This document shows, piece by piece, positions 22,688 through 33,931 of a DNA stretch of 64,000 nucleotides. A program made the position numbers and the translations under genes. The stretch comes from Selaginella moellendorffii (Eukaryota; Plantae; Lycopodiophyta). Position 1 is the stretch's first letter. Every line of letters begins with the position of its first letter. The notes under the pieces are model-generated. The model was given only the letters and a program-made list of their open reading frames with translations. It searched no databases and had not been told where the DNA came from. The stretch covers positions 648,365 to 712,364 of the forward strand of contig NW_003314319.1 in the NCBI RefSeq assembly GCF_000143415.4, in the 5' to 3' direction.

Positions 22688-24766
22688 TCACGTTGCCGCA
22701 CGCCATGCAGAGTACGCATGGATGATCTGGTCTCTCCATCCCAGCCACATCCATTCCCCGTCCCTGTTCACTGTGAGATCCCTGTTGTAGAACCTGGCGA
22801 AAGCTTTCGACTCCTCGAACAGGGCCGGGCTGAGCGGCATCACCTCAAGCCCCGCCTTGACCGCGAGGTGGTGCCACTGCTGGTGCGTCTCGGACCGCTC
22901 CACCCTGTCCAACCCCTCGCAGGCGATGATGTTCATGATCTCCCGCCCGTACTTGTCCTGCTCGATCACCCGCCGTTCGGGCAGCATCCTCGAGATGCAA
23001 GCGTCCATGGCCGCGAACACTGCCGCGTGGTGGACGAGCGCCTCCTGGAACCTCTGGAGGAAGATCGGCCCCGCAAAGTTGGAGCTGGCCAGCGACTGGA
23101 TGAAAACCTTCGGGTGGAGGTTCCGGATCCGGGTCAGCCACTGGAGTTTCGGGCTCTCGGCGATCACCGACCCATCAAACAAGTTGGTCTGCTTGAACGA
23201 GCAGCTGATGATGAGAACTTCGTCGTCCTTGAGCTGCAGCAGCCCCGGCTCCATGCTCTCCCATGCACACGAGAGCGACCGGAACTTGAAAGGAATCCCC
23301 CAGTCCTGTGCGCAGCGCTTGAGCCGGCTCCCCGTCTCTCGTATCCTCCCCGAGTGATTGTTGAGCGCTCTGGGTGGAAGATCCACCCCCGTGATCCGGA
23401 GCTGCGGGGGACCCTCCTTCCTCTCCGCCAAGAGCTGGAGCAGCGCCGGCCACTGGAGCCCATACATGATCCCAAAGTCGACAATGTGTACTTTGCGCTC
23501 GCCCTTGATGGCCTCGAGGATGATCTGGTTCGTGAAGAAATGTGGCAGCCCGAGGAAGGGGGTGTGCTTGAGGATCATCTGGACCGCCTTGAGCGTCTCA
23601 GCGATGGAAGGCCGCGCCTTACACATGACGCTGTAGAACCTGGAGCCCGTGTTGCTCATCCGGGCGTTCAATGCATGTAGGAAGTAATGAACTACCCGCT
23701 GCGTCGCGTCGCCCTCGGGTCCGGCTTGCTCCCGGAGCTCCTCCATGATCGCCAAAGCGCTGCCGAAGTCGTCGCTCCACACCGCCTCGCCGCACAGCAC
23801 CAGCTTGTCCAGGAGATGACTCCTGAGCCCCATTCTATCCCACAGCCGAGTGTAGTTCTCGCTCCTCTGTACGATCAGCCTGGGAGGCCGGTTGGGAAAT
23901 CCCTGCGTCGTCGCCCCCGCTGCTGCAATTCCATTCGACCTGCCGTTCCAATCCAGCCCAAAGAGGTTCTGGCGCTCGAAAAATCCCACCATCTGGAAGC
24001 CGCTGCCACTGGCGCTCGTCTCCCCGTGGCTCCGCTTCTTAAGGCTGGGCGATGGCTGCAAGCTCTCTCGATTCCTCTCCACAGTGTTTTCTTGGTGGTG
24101 ATGCAAGGACGAAGTAGAAGGATTATCCACGGCGAAGGAAGGCTGCGATGTCCAAGAACCCAGGAGCGAGGAGGGGGAGTTCCTTCGCGACGATGATCCC
24201 TGCGGGGCCGGTGGAAGCTGCGACGGCGATGGCTGCGAGGCACCATAGCCGGCGCTGCTCGAAATATCGCTCCTCCAGTCGAGATTCGGGCTTACCTCGG
24301 GCGGCGAGGTCTGGATCAGCTCCGCGAGCTCTGCCTGGAGCGCGCCGACGCTCACCTCCAGATCCAGGCACGCTTGCTCCCCGATCTGGTTCTCCATGAG
24401 CATGCTATCGATGTACTGCAGCACCGCATTCTCGTCGACCCCAGACACGCGGGGTTCCATCGCGACGCAACCCCAGCTATCATCGCCACTCTCCGAGGAT
24501 GACGACGGAGTGCCCGCCACTGCCATGGCCGCGGCGTTGACGGGAGAGGTGAGCGTCGGTGGCGACGGCGAGAAATTTCCAACATCGCCGACCGATCCAG
24601 CCGCTCCGCCAGGCGACGGCAGCGGCAAATCCACTGCTGCATTGGAATCTCTCGACGGGCGGAACTGCGTCTGTAGCCACACTTGCTGGAGCTTGATCGC
24701 GAGCGGCGAGACGAGTTCGCGCATGGAGGACGACGACGCGCCATTCGCCCTAGGCTTGTCCGCCAT
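22688..24766 (-). CDS. GRAS transcription factor, LISCL/SCL9-14 clade
   Basis: Intronless 692-aa ORF with VLQYIDSMLME, VHIVDFGIMYGLQWP, LRITGVDLP, NIIACEGLDRVERSE and a terminal SAW. Confidence 0.93.
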   Translation of the reverse strand: MADKPRANGASSSSMRELVSPLAIKLQQVWLQTQFRPSRDSNAAVDLPLPSPGGAAGSVGDVGNFSPSPPTLTSPVNAAAMAVAGTPSSSSESGDDSWGCVAMEPRVSGVDENAVLQYIDSMLMENQIGEQACLDLEVSVGALQAELAELIQTSPPEVSPNLDWRSDISSSAGYGASQPSPSQLPPAPQGSSSRRNSPSSLLGSWTSQPSFAVDNPSTSSLHHHQENTVERNRESLQPSPSLKKRSHGETSASGSGFQMVGFFERQNLFGLDWNGRSNGIAAAGATTQGFPNRPPRLIVQRSENYTRLWDRMGLRSHLLDKLVLCGEAVWSDDFGSALAIMEELREQAGPEGDATQRVVHYFLHALNARMSNTGSRFYSVMCKARPSIAETLKAVQMILKHTPFLGLPHFFTNQIILEAIKGERKVHIVDFGIMYGLQWPALLQLLAERKEGPPQLRITGVDLPPRALNNHSGRIRETGSRLKRCAQDWGIPFKFRSLSCAWESMEPGLLQLKDDEVLIISCSFKQTNLFDGSVIAESPKLQWLTRIRNLHPKVFIQSLASSNFAGPIFLQRFQEALVHHAAVFAAMDACISRMLPERRVIEQDKYGREIMNIIACEGLDRVERSETHQQWHHLAVKAGLEVMPLSPALFEESKAFARFYNRDLTVNRDGEWMWLGWRDQIIHAYSAWRAAT

Positions 24767-25267
24767 AGCCGTGCTCTTCCCTCTCCCCTGTTTTAGGGCT
24801 TAATAGTAATTTTGAAAGAACAGACTTATCCGACGGCCAGATTTCACCTCGGTTGTCTATGGATCCAACGGCCGGCACCGCGCCACGGGCATTTTTTAAT
24901 CTTTTGTGCTTGTATCTGATCGTTTTGTCGTGATGTAATAGATACAAAATCAAAAATCACGCACGTCCCAGAACACAAAAAAAAAAAAACCATTGAACGT
25001 TTCCAAATCGTGTCTTCTAGTTCCAGAACTATAATGTTCCCACAAGGATATAAATATCATTCCATCATTCTTTCGCTAAAGCTTTACTCCTGCGTCAACA
25101 AGGCCCAGGAAAGACTTAGACGACGAGAAGATCAAACACCAAATGGACTGTCATTCTTCCAGACCGGATCGGACTTGGATCAAACACTGACCCGATCAAC
25201 ACGGAGAGGTAGACGAAATCTCCAACTCTGTCTCAAGGAAAACAGGAAAAGCTCGGCTTACTTGCTT

Positions 25268-26846
25268 TTACTTGAAGTGGATAGTGGTCCCGAGAAGAGA
25301 GAGCAACTGAGCTACGAACTCTGGATGCGCGGGCCAGGCAGCAGCGGTGACAAGTTTGCCATGTGTGTGAGCCATCGTTATTGGATCCGGCTCGATCCAC
25401 TCAGCACCACTTAGCACAACTTGAGGCTTCACTGCTGGATAAGCCGTGCATTTCTTTCCCTGCAGTAGAAACCAAACGAGCTCTGTGTTTAATCGAAGCA
25501 AACTCAAGAAAGATATATCATTCACCTGTAAAACTCCTGCTGCAGCGAGGATTTGCTGCCCGTGACAAATCGACGCGATGGGCTTGCTGCTCGTGTCAAA
25601 CTCCCGGACAAGCCTCAGGACTTTGTCGTTGAGAGACAAGTACTCTGGAGCGCGGCCTCCGGGGATCACAAGCGCGTCGTACCCCTCAGCTTTGACAGCG
25701 TCGAAGGTGGCGGTCAGCGGGAAGTTGTGACCAGGCTTCTCGCTGTAAGTTTGCGCTCCCTCAAAGTCATGAACTGCGGTGGCCACGGTCTCGCCGGCCT
25801 TTTTACCCGGGCACACCGAGTCGACGGTGTAGCCAACAGCTTGCAGCGTCTGGCATGGCACCATTGCTTCGTAGTCCTCCATGAAATCCTTCAAAGCAAA
25901 AACAAACTTGGCTTAGAACATGATCAAAGCACAACTGCAAGGAAAACTACTTCTCGATCAAGTTGTCAAGGAAAACTAGTAGAAAAAACCGGAAGAAGTA
26001 GAAAAGAAAGAGAGAAAGACTTCTTACCCCGCATAGCATTAATACTTTCTTCTTGCCGTTTTCGATGGTTGCACCAAGAGAGTCGAGCAAAAGACCAATA
26101 AACTCCGGGTGGCCAGGATATGCAGCACCGGTGATGAGGCTACCATCTCGGAAGCACTTGGAGATTGGATTCGGCTCTTGCCAAACTCCACCAGCACTGA
26201 CAATAACAGGCTTGACTGCCGGATACGCCGTCGACTTCTTGCCTTGCAGAATTCCTGCCGCGGCGAGGATCAGCTGTCCGTGGCAAATCGATGCTATCGG
26301 CTTCCTAGACTTGTGGAACGACTTGACAATCTCGAGAACTTCATCGTCAAGAGACAAGTACTCCGGAGCACGACCACCTGGAATAACGAGAGCGTCATAG
26401 CTCTCAGCTTTCACGCCATGAAAGTCCTTGTTGAGACTAAAGTTGTGACCACGAAGCTCGGCATAAGTCTGCCATGAAGAACACAAGCCAAAAATAATCC
26501 ACTCCACGCTCCCAGTCCAAAAGAAGGAATTCATTCACCTGGAAACCAACAAAGTCGTGGATTGCGGTCGCGCAGCTCTCGCCAGCCTTTTTTCCCGGAC
26601 AAACAGCATCGACTTTGACACCATAAGCTTGCAAGGCTTGAAATGGAACCATAACCTTAGAAGAACAAACAAATCGAAAGTCAATGCTCTTGCCTAAGGA
26701 AAAACTTGCCAAATCTAGATGATTGCCTACATTCTCTCGGCACTAGATCACTCCTCTATCCATCGCCGCGCCCGATCAATCAAACTCACCTCATAGTCTT
26801 CCACGAAATCGCCGCAGATGAGAAGAACCGACCTCGAGCTCGCCAT
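25268..26846 (-). CDS. DJ1D: DJ-1/PfpI family protein with two domains (glyoxalase III, DJ-1D type)
   Basis: [19 protein letters not shown]; two copies of [15 protein letters not shown] and ICHGQ. Confidence 0.9.
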
Positions 26847-27042
26847 AGCGCTGGAGAAACCTAGGTCAGCTCTCTGTCACTACGTGTCACGCGATTTTAA
26901 CCTCAAACACGTGTCAAATTTTTTTAATGGGAAGTGAATGAATTTCCCTCCATAGTTCCAACATGAAAAAATGACGTTCGTACACATGATCGTTGGTGAC
27001 TTGTACGGCCAGGTGAGGCGAGCTTAGGTTTTGGGCAAAGCG

Positions 27043-28719
27043 ATGGAGAGCAATGTAGGCATGCGGCCGATCGCGCATCGCTCCTGGCCGAGGAAGAGGC
27101 TTCGCGAAGGAGGCGATCCAAAATCCGGCGAGGTAGAGTTCTTGATCGTTGTCGTTGATATTTGCGCGCGGGTTTGCCTCATCCGGCGATCGATCATTGC
27201 AGCTCAATTCGAGCGGCGGCGGCGGCGAGGAGAAATCCCGTGGGCAAGAAGCGGCAAAATTGGTGGAGCCGGCGCTGCCGATCGCCGTCCGGCGGTGGCC
27301 GCAGCAGCGGAAGATCAAGGAGGAATCGCCACGGCACAAGGATCCGGAGGAGGAGAACAAACGCCTAGCGCCAGAGCGAGGAGGACGGAATGAGCGCCCC
27401 AAGCCGACGAGCCTGATGATGCTCGAGATGGATATGGCCAGGACCAAGAAGAAGAAATCCGAGCCAGTGCCACAGCCAAGAATGGAGCTTTCGATCATCC
27501 TGCGGCAGTCATGGCAGGAGGCGCGGCGGCGAGTGAAGCAAGCGCAGGAGAGATTCGAGGCGCTGCGCCAGAAACTCGAGGCGAAGGGCACCGTGCGACC
27601 GGACACAGCCGCGATGAAGCAAATGCGCATCGATGTAAGTTCCTTTCCCTTTTCTCCTCGATTTCCATTCTATCTCCCCGTGTTCTTCTTGCCGGCATTC
27701 TTTTGGATCTCACTGCTGCTTTGTTTCGTATGCTCTCTTCGCCAATCAAACAGTGTTATTTCCTTCCCATCGTCATCTTACTTCGGTTTCTCGGACTTTC
27801 TCACGGATGGATTTCTTCTTTCTCGCTCTTGTACATAGTTCTTCCAAGTTTCTCTCATCCACCATTCGTGATAGATTTCCATTCTATCCCACACTTTCTT
27901 CCTCCGCCTTTTCTCTCTTCTCCTCGTGTTCTTCTTGCCGGCATTCTTTTTTGCTGCTTTGTTTCGCATGCTCGTCGATCGAACAGTCTTAGCCTTTTTT
28001 TCTTCCCATCGCAATGATCTTCTTCCACTTCAGTTTCTCGTACTTTCTCAGGAGTTTCTTCTTGGCCAGCTTTTGTGTAGTTCTTCCAAAGTTTCTCATC
28101 CACCATCGTTTTCCTTCGCAGAAGCAATGGGTGAACCAGGAGCACCGATCCCACGGCCACGTCCCCGGCGTGGAGGTGTTCGACGCCTTCTCCTTCCGCG
28201 CCGAGCTGCTCATCGTCGGCCTCCACAACCACGTCCAGGCCGGGATCGGCTTCTTCCCCGACTCCCAGAGCCCGCTCGGCCGCGCCATCGCCACCAGCAT
28301 CATCCTCTCGGGTGGCTACAAGGACAACCGCGACAACGGCGACGAGTTTGAGTACTGCGGCAGCGGCGGCAACAATGCTGTGAGCGTGCGTGACGAGAAG
28401 GCACGGGACCAGGAGCTCACTCGCGGCAACTTAGCTCTCGCGAACTCCGTGGATCTCAACATCCCGGTTCGCGTGATCCGCGGGAGGCCCTCGGCTTTCA
28501 CCCCGTCCAGGAAGGAGTACCGCTACGATGGCCTCTACGACGCTGTGCGCTGCCACAAGACCGAGGGAGCGAATGGATGCCAGGTTTTCAAGTTCCTGAT
28601 GCGGCGATGCCCCGGACAGCCATCGCTGCCGCTCAAGAACAAGACGAGTAAGTTTCATTTCATCGATTCTTTTCTAGTTTAGCTATATTCTCGATTTGTT
28701 TCTTTCGTTTCCAGGGTAG
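27043..28719 (+). CDS. SRA/YDG-domain protein, SUVH-like but without pre-SET/SET (~350 aa)
   Basis: Exons 27043-27132, 27203-27634 and 28122-28647 splice in frame, followed by a tiny last exon (or read-through to TAG at 28682). Motifs GHVPGVEV.D.F.FRAEL..VGLH, ATSIILSGGYKD, YCGSGG, DQELTRGNLAL.NS, PVRVIRG and YRYDGLY. Confidence 0.8.
27660..28112 (+). repeat. Diverged tandem duplication (two units of ~210-235 bp) inside intron 2 of the SRA gene
   Basis: Shared blocks tttccattctatc, cgtgttcttcttgccggcattcttt, tgctgctttgtttcg and tctcatccaccat occur at ~27662-27870 and ~27876-28110. Confidence 0.85.
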
Positions 28720-28899
28720 CATTCAAAGCGCATCAGTTACAACGTAAACTACTTAATTATGTCCACGTCGGCACACATGTCCTATGAAAAAGGAGCTAGT
28801 TAAAACGCTTTAAATTAATTAACAATATATTACCTTGTTCAGAAAGCTCATTAAATTTCAATGTTATTGACAACGATTTAATCCATCTTTAAATTTCTT

Positions 28900-29480
28900 G
28901 TATAAAGTGGTGGAGGATATGTAGCATCTCTGACGAGAATGTATTTTCCAAGTTGGCATCCAAATGAATTTTGACATACTGTCCAGTCAAACCCATTCAA
29001 AATAAAAATCCCAAATTAAACTTTTCAAGTATAATCCCTTCCTGTTCTATTGAGGATCCTTTGGGAGCAATCACTGGAACATAGCTCCCATCTATTGGTC
29101 CTACAACATGTGGTATTCCTCTTAAAACTCTTTTGGAAGAGTTTGTAAAACGATCACTTGAAGGCTACTTGATGTATAATGTACCAAATTCCATGTCCAA
29201 AGCTCCACAAAACTCAATGCTCATTGACCAATAGTAAACCCAACTCCATACTTGCCAGCAATTTCCCCTAGTTGTGTTCCACTTGCTAATCTCAAGTGGC
29301 ATAGGCTCTTTTAAGTATTGGTATCTTTTGCACTTTTCCTCTCTTCTTCTATAGCAATTGTGGAAATATCAAGCCAAGTAACACATTTTACTAGTTATGT
29401 CTAAACACATAATATTCAAGTAATAGAGCATCTGAAGGTAGCAAGCAAAAGCTTCTTCCTCTTATCCATCTACTTTTCAG
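28900..29480 (-). mobile_element. Degenerate PIF/Harbinger (HARBI1-like DDE) transposase relic
   Basis: Minus-strand pieces RGIPHVVGPIDGSYVPVIAP (29063-29122), FWDFYFEW and DWTVCQNSFG, with many stops and frameshifts. AT-rich. No TIRs found. Confidence 0.75.
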
Positions 29481-29512
29481 TCAAATAATGGTTATTCTTA
29501 ACTATGTCCAAA

Positions 29513-29576
29513 ACACGTGTTACGTAACTGCCACGTGGCTTTGTCTGTTTCTTTAATCCACGTAGGTGCCACGTCA
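29513..29576. promoter_or_regulatory. G-box/ABRE cluster upstream of the GGCT gene
   Basis: Five ACGT cores in ~65 bp (acacgtgt, tacgta, gccacgtggc, ccacgtagg, gccacgtca), ~40 bp before the ATG. Confidence 0.55.
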
Positions 29577-29617
29577 CAGACTTTTAATAAATGGACGCCA
29601 AGGGATGAAAAACCTCA

Positions 29618-30217
29618 ATGGCGTTAGCAGCGACTTCGTCAGTTCCTCCAGCGCTGGGAATTTGCGCTACTTCTTTCCAGATCTCTGCCAGGGGCAATAG
29701 CGATTCCTCGCTCGGTAGCTCCAGCCTCGTCTTCGTCTATGGGACGCTCAAGAAAGGATTTGGGAACGAGTGGCTCATGCAGGAGCTCGTGAGCCAGCAG
29801 CACGCCTGCTTCGTGTCCGCCGCCACCACCAAGCTCGAATTCCCGCTCGTCTGCGGCCCATTCCAGGTGCCTTTCCTTCTCAATTTCCCCTGCCAAGGCC
29901 ACCGCGTCCGCGGCGAAGTCTATCTCGTAGACCAAGCTGGTCTTCGCAGGCTCGACGAGCTCGAGGGCCTCGGCAAGGGCCACTACGAGCGCCGATCCAT
30001 TCTCGTCGAGGGCCTGGAACGAAGTTTAGCTCAGTCCCAAGCTGTGAATGCCGAGGCTTACTTTGCAGGATCCAGTTACGCAGTGGAAATGTTGGGAGCT
30101 CCACACTTGCCAAGCTACAGCACCGTCGAGGCGGAGAATTATGTTCCGCGGAGGAACCGGCCGCCGGGTATCACGTTTTTGGAACACGTCCAAGCATGGA
30201 TCGCTGCTAAAAAATGA
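29618..30217 (+). CDS. Gamma-glutamylcyclotransferase (AIG2-like) with probable transit peptide
   Basis: VFVYGTLKKGF.N, FPLVCGP.QVPFLLN, VRGEVY and LDELEG. Confidence 0.9.
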   Translation: MALAATSSVPPALGICATSFQISARGNSDSSLGSSSLVFVYGTLKKGFGNEWLMQELVSQQHACFVSAATTKLEFPLVCGPFQVPFLLNFPCQGHRVRGEVYLVDQAGLRRLDELEGLGKGHYERRSILVEGLERSLAQSQAVNAEAYFAGSSYAVEMLGAPHLPSYSTVEAENYVPRRNRPPGITFLEHVQAWIAAKK

Positions 30218-30241
30218 AAAAATGAAAAAATGAAAAAATGA
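30210..30241 (+). repeat. Short tandem repeat (aaaaaatg)x4 spanning the GGCT stop codon
   Basis: aaaaatgaaaaaatgaaaaaatgaaaaaatga. Confidence 0.85.
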
Positions 30242-30374
30242 AGATGCTCTCGAGTTTTTTGTAGCCATGCCACTGTCACGAAAACCACACACGAATTAAG
30301 ACAGGGTATCTCGAACAAAGACAAACCTGACCTTTAGAATGCTGATCGCGTTATTAAGAATCCCACGGGGAATC

Positions 30375-31620
30375 TTATCGTTCCCTCGTCGAAAGGACAC
30401 ATGGACCACACTCCTAGCTTCTCCTATTACCGGGCAGTCTTTTCAGTTGCAATCCATCCTTTGAGTAGCGCTTGGAAAAGAAAACAAAAACTTTTAGAGC
30501 CGAGCAATCAGCACAACACTTTACCCTTTCGCCATTGCAGCACCAGCATTGGAACCATCAACCGTGCCGCTTGGAGAGCCATCAACATCTCTACTAGCTC
30601 GAATTGTCGAAACTCCATGGTGGCTTTTCCGAAACTGAAAACGAAAAGATTCCTTGCTTGCGAGTAGACGCATACTCGTGAACAGTATCAAAAGCAGCAA
30701 AACAAAATAGCCGTCAAACCTGCATGATGTGATGTTCATGCGACCTCCATCAAGGGTATTTGTCCAGGCATATTGCCAGCACCTCTTCCATGAGCATTTA
30801 AACAAAGCGCAATCAAAAAGTGCCTTCAACAACCTCTTAAAGGACATTCGGAGGTGGTAGGTTGAGATCGCCATCCGAAGCTTATCCTCCCGCCGTCCAA
30901 AAGAATTCCATACATGACATTGCAAACAGTACAGCTTGCTTAAGCTAGTCGAAAGAAAGAAAACAAGGAAAGACAAAACAATACTTTCTCTAAGGAAAGC
31001 AAGAGAAAGTACTCCCTAACACTTCCTCAACCTAATGAAAGCCTGAACTATGACAGATAAAAGGGACAATCTGGGTCTCGGGGTCGTACCATACCATTAA
31101 GAATGTAATCAGTGCTACTGTGTCTGTAGCCTGGAGTTAAAAAATGTGTCAATACTTAGTTCTTTTCCAAGGTTCCAGTACGATCCTGTGTAACAACAGC
31201 ATGTAAGAAAGCAAGACAAACAATCACCACACGTACCATTTGAAATAAGCTTTGGAAAATAGTGGTTTCTCTGTTGATCATTCGCACACCTACAAACCAA
31301 AGAATTAGAGAAAACAAAGAACAAAAAGAACGAAGCATTGCGACAATAACCTTTCAACCAAAGAGCAGCACTGTTGCGTCGAAAATCAGCGCTTCCTTCA
31401 CTCGATTAAACCTGAACAAGTGCATGAAAATAATCCCTGCATCACGCTCCCGATAACGTCTTCAGTACATATTCCTCCAAATCCGAGACCGCTGGAAAAT
31501 ATCTGTCGCAATCTCACTGCGCGCCATCTCCAGCGATGAAATCTGGAGTTAGGCAGTAGCAGATACGCCGTGCTGATCATGAATGCGCGCCAGAGGATAG
31601 GAATGGAACCCATGAATGGA
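30375..31620 (-). pseudogene. Isobutyryl-CoA dehydrogenase (ACAD8-like) pseudogene, copy A
   Basis: Collinear motifs GLGFGGICTEDV, NDQQRNHYFPKL, SFGRREDKL, LDGGRMNITSC, YASTRKQ|FGK and QFELVEMLMALQAARLMV. Introns are retained, with many deletions and frameshifts. Confidence 0.75.
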
Positions 31621-31829
31621 CAAGCAATGTCTCTATCTCCGGCTGCCGTGTTACCGAGAGCCGATCATCCTGGAACAAGCACGAAGAGCTTTCGATATTT
31701 TCACGAAGAACTTTGGAACTTGGGAGAAACTGATCCTCCCATAAATGTAAACATCTACAATCGCGAGGGACACATTACAACATCCAAGTTGACATTGTTT
31801 CTTAGAGCTTTCTTCGAGTTTCTTTCTAT

Positions 31830-33490
31830 GGGATCACGTCAGCGCGCAGCCACGTGATGTATCAACCGTCATAACAATAATAACAACACCGTTTTATATT
31901 ACCACATGGTTTCTGAGCAGTGAACGATCTTTTAACTTCATCAAACACCACATCTCAGCTCGCCACTAGTTTCTTGGGCTGGCAGTTACAGAGTCGATAG
32001 GCTTTTACCTCCACGAAGAATCCACCGCAAGTACACCCTTGCAGCAGAATGGGGTCGCCGAGCGCCTGAACGGACAGTTTACGCTGCCTTCTTCAGCATG
32101 CTTGGGATCCAGCTTCTCGTGCTGAGCATCTGGAATGTGAGTGTAGGCAACACAGACAAACACCCAGAGATACCCTAATTTGGGGCTGTCCAAACTTGGA
32201 ACGTGTTGGCAGCCAGGAGATCCCCTGCTGTGTTGAGTGCTGCTCTCGCCAACATGTTCCACGTTTCAAGTTTGGACAGCCCCAAATTAGGGCATCTCCG
32301 GGTGTTTGGCTGCGCTGCCTACGCTCACATTCCAGATGCTCAGCGCCGGAAGCTGGATCCCAAGAGTGAGAAATGCAGCTAAAAGCTTATTGACTATAAC
32401 TGCCAACGCAGGAAATTAGTGATGAGATGAAGCTATAAACCCCCGTTTCTCCACCACCTCTGGTGGATCTTTCTGAGATTTTGGACGACGTTCCAATTCT
32501 CTACCCAGCACCAGATAATCCAGCCGGTGCAGAGCCAGGTGGAGTTGCTGAAGGAGCGCCCGAAGGAGGCGATCTGGCAGGCATTCCTCAACATGGACAT
32601 CAATGAAGAGGTGTATGCTCAGCTGGTTTTATCAAGCCTGGAGAAGAACACCTCGTTTGCAAGCTCCACAAAGCTCTCTACGGACTCAAGCAGTCGCCAC
32701 ACCAATGGTACATGAGAATAGATCCTTTTCTAATTTTCGTGCGCTTGTAACATATTTTGACACTGAGGGCTATGTGTTACTTGCGATCCTCGTGGTAGGT
32801 TTGATCCATAAATTTAAAACGTATCTTGAAGCTAAATTTGCCATGAAAGACCTCGGTATCAACAGGGAGAGAGGCACTCTGGAGCTAAGCCAGGTAAAAT
32901 ATGCTTACGACGTGCTCCAGAGGTATGGCCTTACTCACGTTAACCCTGTTGCTACTCCCACGGACACAGGCACGAAATTATCTGCTGAGAGTCGAGAGTA
33001 CCTTGATCAATCTCAAGAGGAGGAGAAAGCATCTTTTCAGGCTACGTTTTCCTGCTAAATGGAAATGTCGCAAGCTGGTGCAGCAAAGAACAGGTTATTA
33101 TGGCAATGTCAAGTACCGAGGCTGAGCAGCTGCAACCAAGGAAGCAGCGTGGCTGCAGGGACTTCTCCAGGATCTACAAATGAACACAGGTGTTGTGTGA
33201 TAACCAGTTTGGAATAGCCTTGACCAAGAACTCTCGTACTAAACACATTGAGCTGCACTTCCACTTTATACGAGAGTAGATCCAGAGAGGAATGATCGAG
33301 CTGGAGTTCTGCCTGACAAACTCCATGCTAGCGGACATGCTGACGAAACCACTTCCTCGTGTTAAACATGAATGACTTTAGACGTTGGCCTTAGAGTGAA
33401 CAAGACCACGTCAGCACACAGCCACGTGAGCAATTCAGTCGCCGCCACTGATGTCACGATAAAATCAACCGTCATAACAATAATAACACA
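31830..33490 (+). mobile_element. Deleted Ty1/copia LTR retrotransposon relic
   Basis: Direct LTR remnants (cagccacgtg...atcaaccgtcataacaataataaca) at ~31835-31890 and ~33407-33490. PBS-like tggtttctgagc at 31907. Integrase QQNGVAERLN and LRVFGCAAYAHIP..RRKLDPKSEKC; RT FAMKDLG and LSQ.KY; RNase H STEAE, RTKHIELHFHFIRE and ADMLTKPL. Confidence 0.9.
32101..32364. repeat. 105-bp inverted repeat with a 54-nt spacer inside the copia relic
   Basis: Arms 32101-32205 and 32260-32364 are reverse complements with about ten substitutions. Confidence 0.9.
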
Positions 33491-33931
33491 TTGCATTGTG
33501 TACAGCTGCTTTGTGTTTCCATCCACACAATATCTAGCACAAGAAATCATGCGAGTAAAACGCTATAGATACAATGCCTCGGCCAAGCTTTCCAAACGCA
33601 GTTGCTACTAGCACAAAACCTAATGAGCACCTAAGGCTTTCTGGCAATGAAAGTTTTTCTGTGTGCCCGCCCAATCACAAGAAAAGGAAGGGAGATCGGG
33701 AATTGGAGACGAATCACCAAGGCCCTAAAAAGAAAAGGGATAAAGAAAGAAAAAACGGGACTTTAAAAGAAATTCATCAGAGATTAATCTAAAGACCTCT
33801 CTAAAAAAAATGACAAGATTAGCATACCAGCTGACACATTGATCGAGGTCCCTGGAAACAAGAGATAATTAGAAGCCGTTGCGTATTACTCAGTAGTCTT
33901 TTATCTTAATCCTTCTTATTTTGGTATATCA

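Larger units (their letters stand above)
31630..33865 (-). pseudogene. Decayed partial copy of the RCC1-like gene 3' half, interrupted by a copia relic
   Basis: 31630-31825 matches 39450-39765 and 33500-33865 matches 39790-40450, e.g. tttcgatattttcacgaagaactttggaactt, aatgcctcggccaagctttccaaacgcagt and aagaaattcatcagagatt. Confidence 0.85.

Noticed and set aside
22682-23680. 332-aa ORF antisense to GRAS
   Set aside because: Antisense shadow of a GC-rich CDS.
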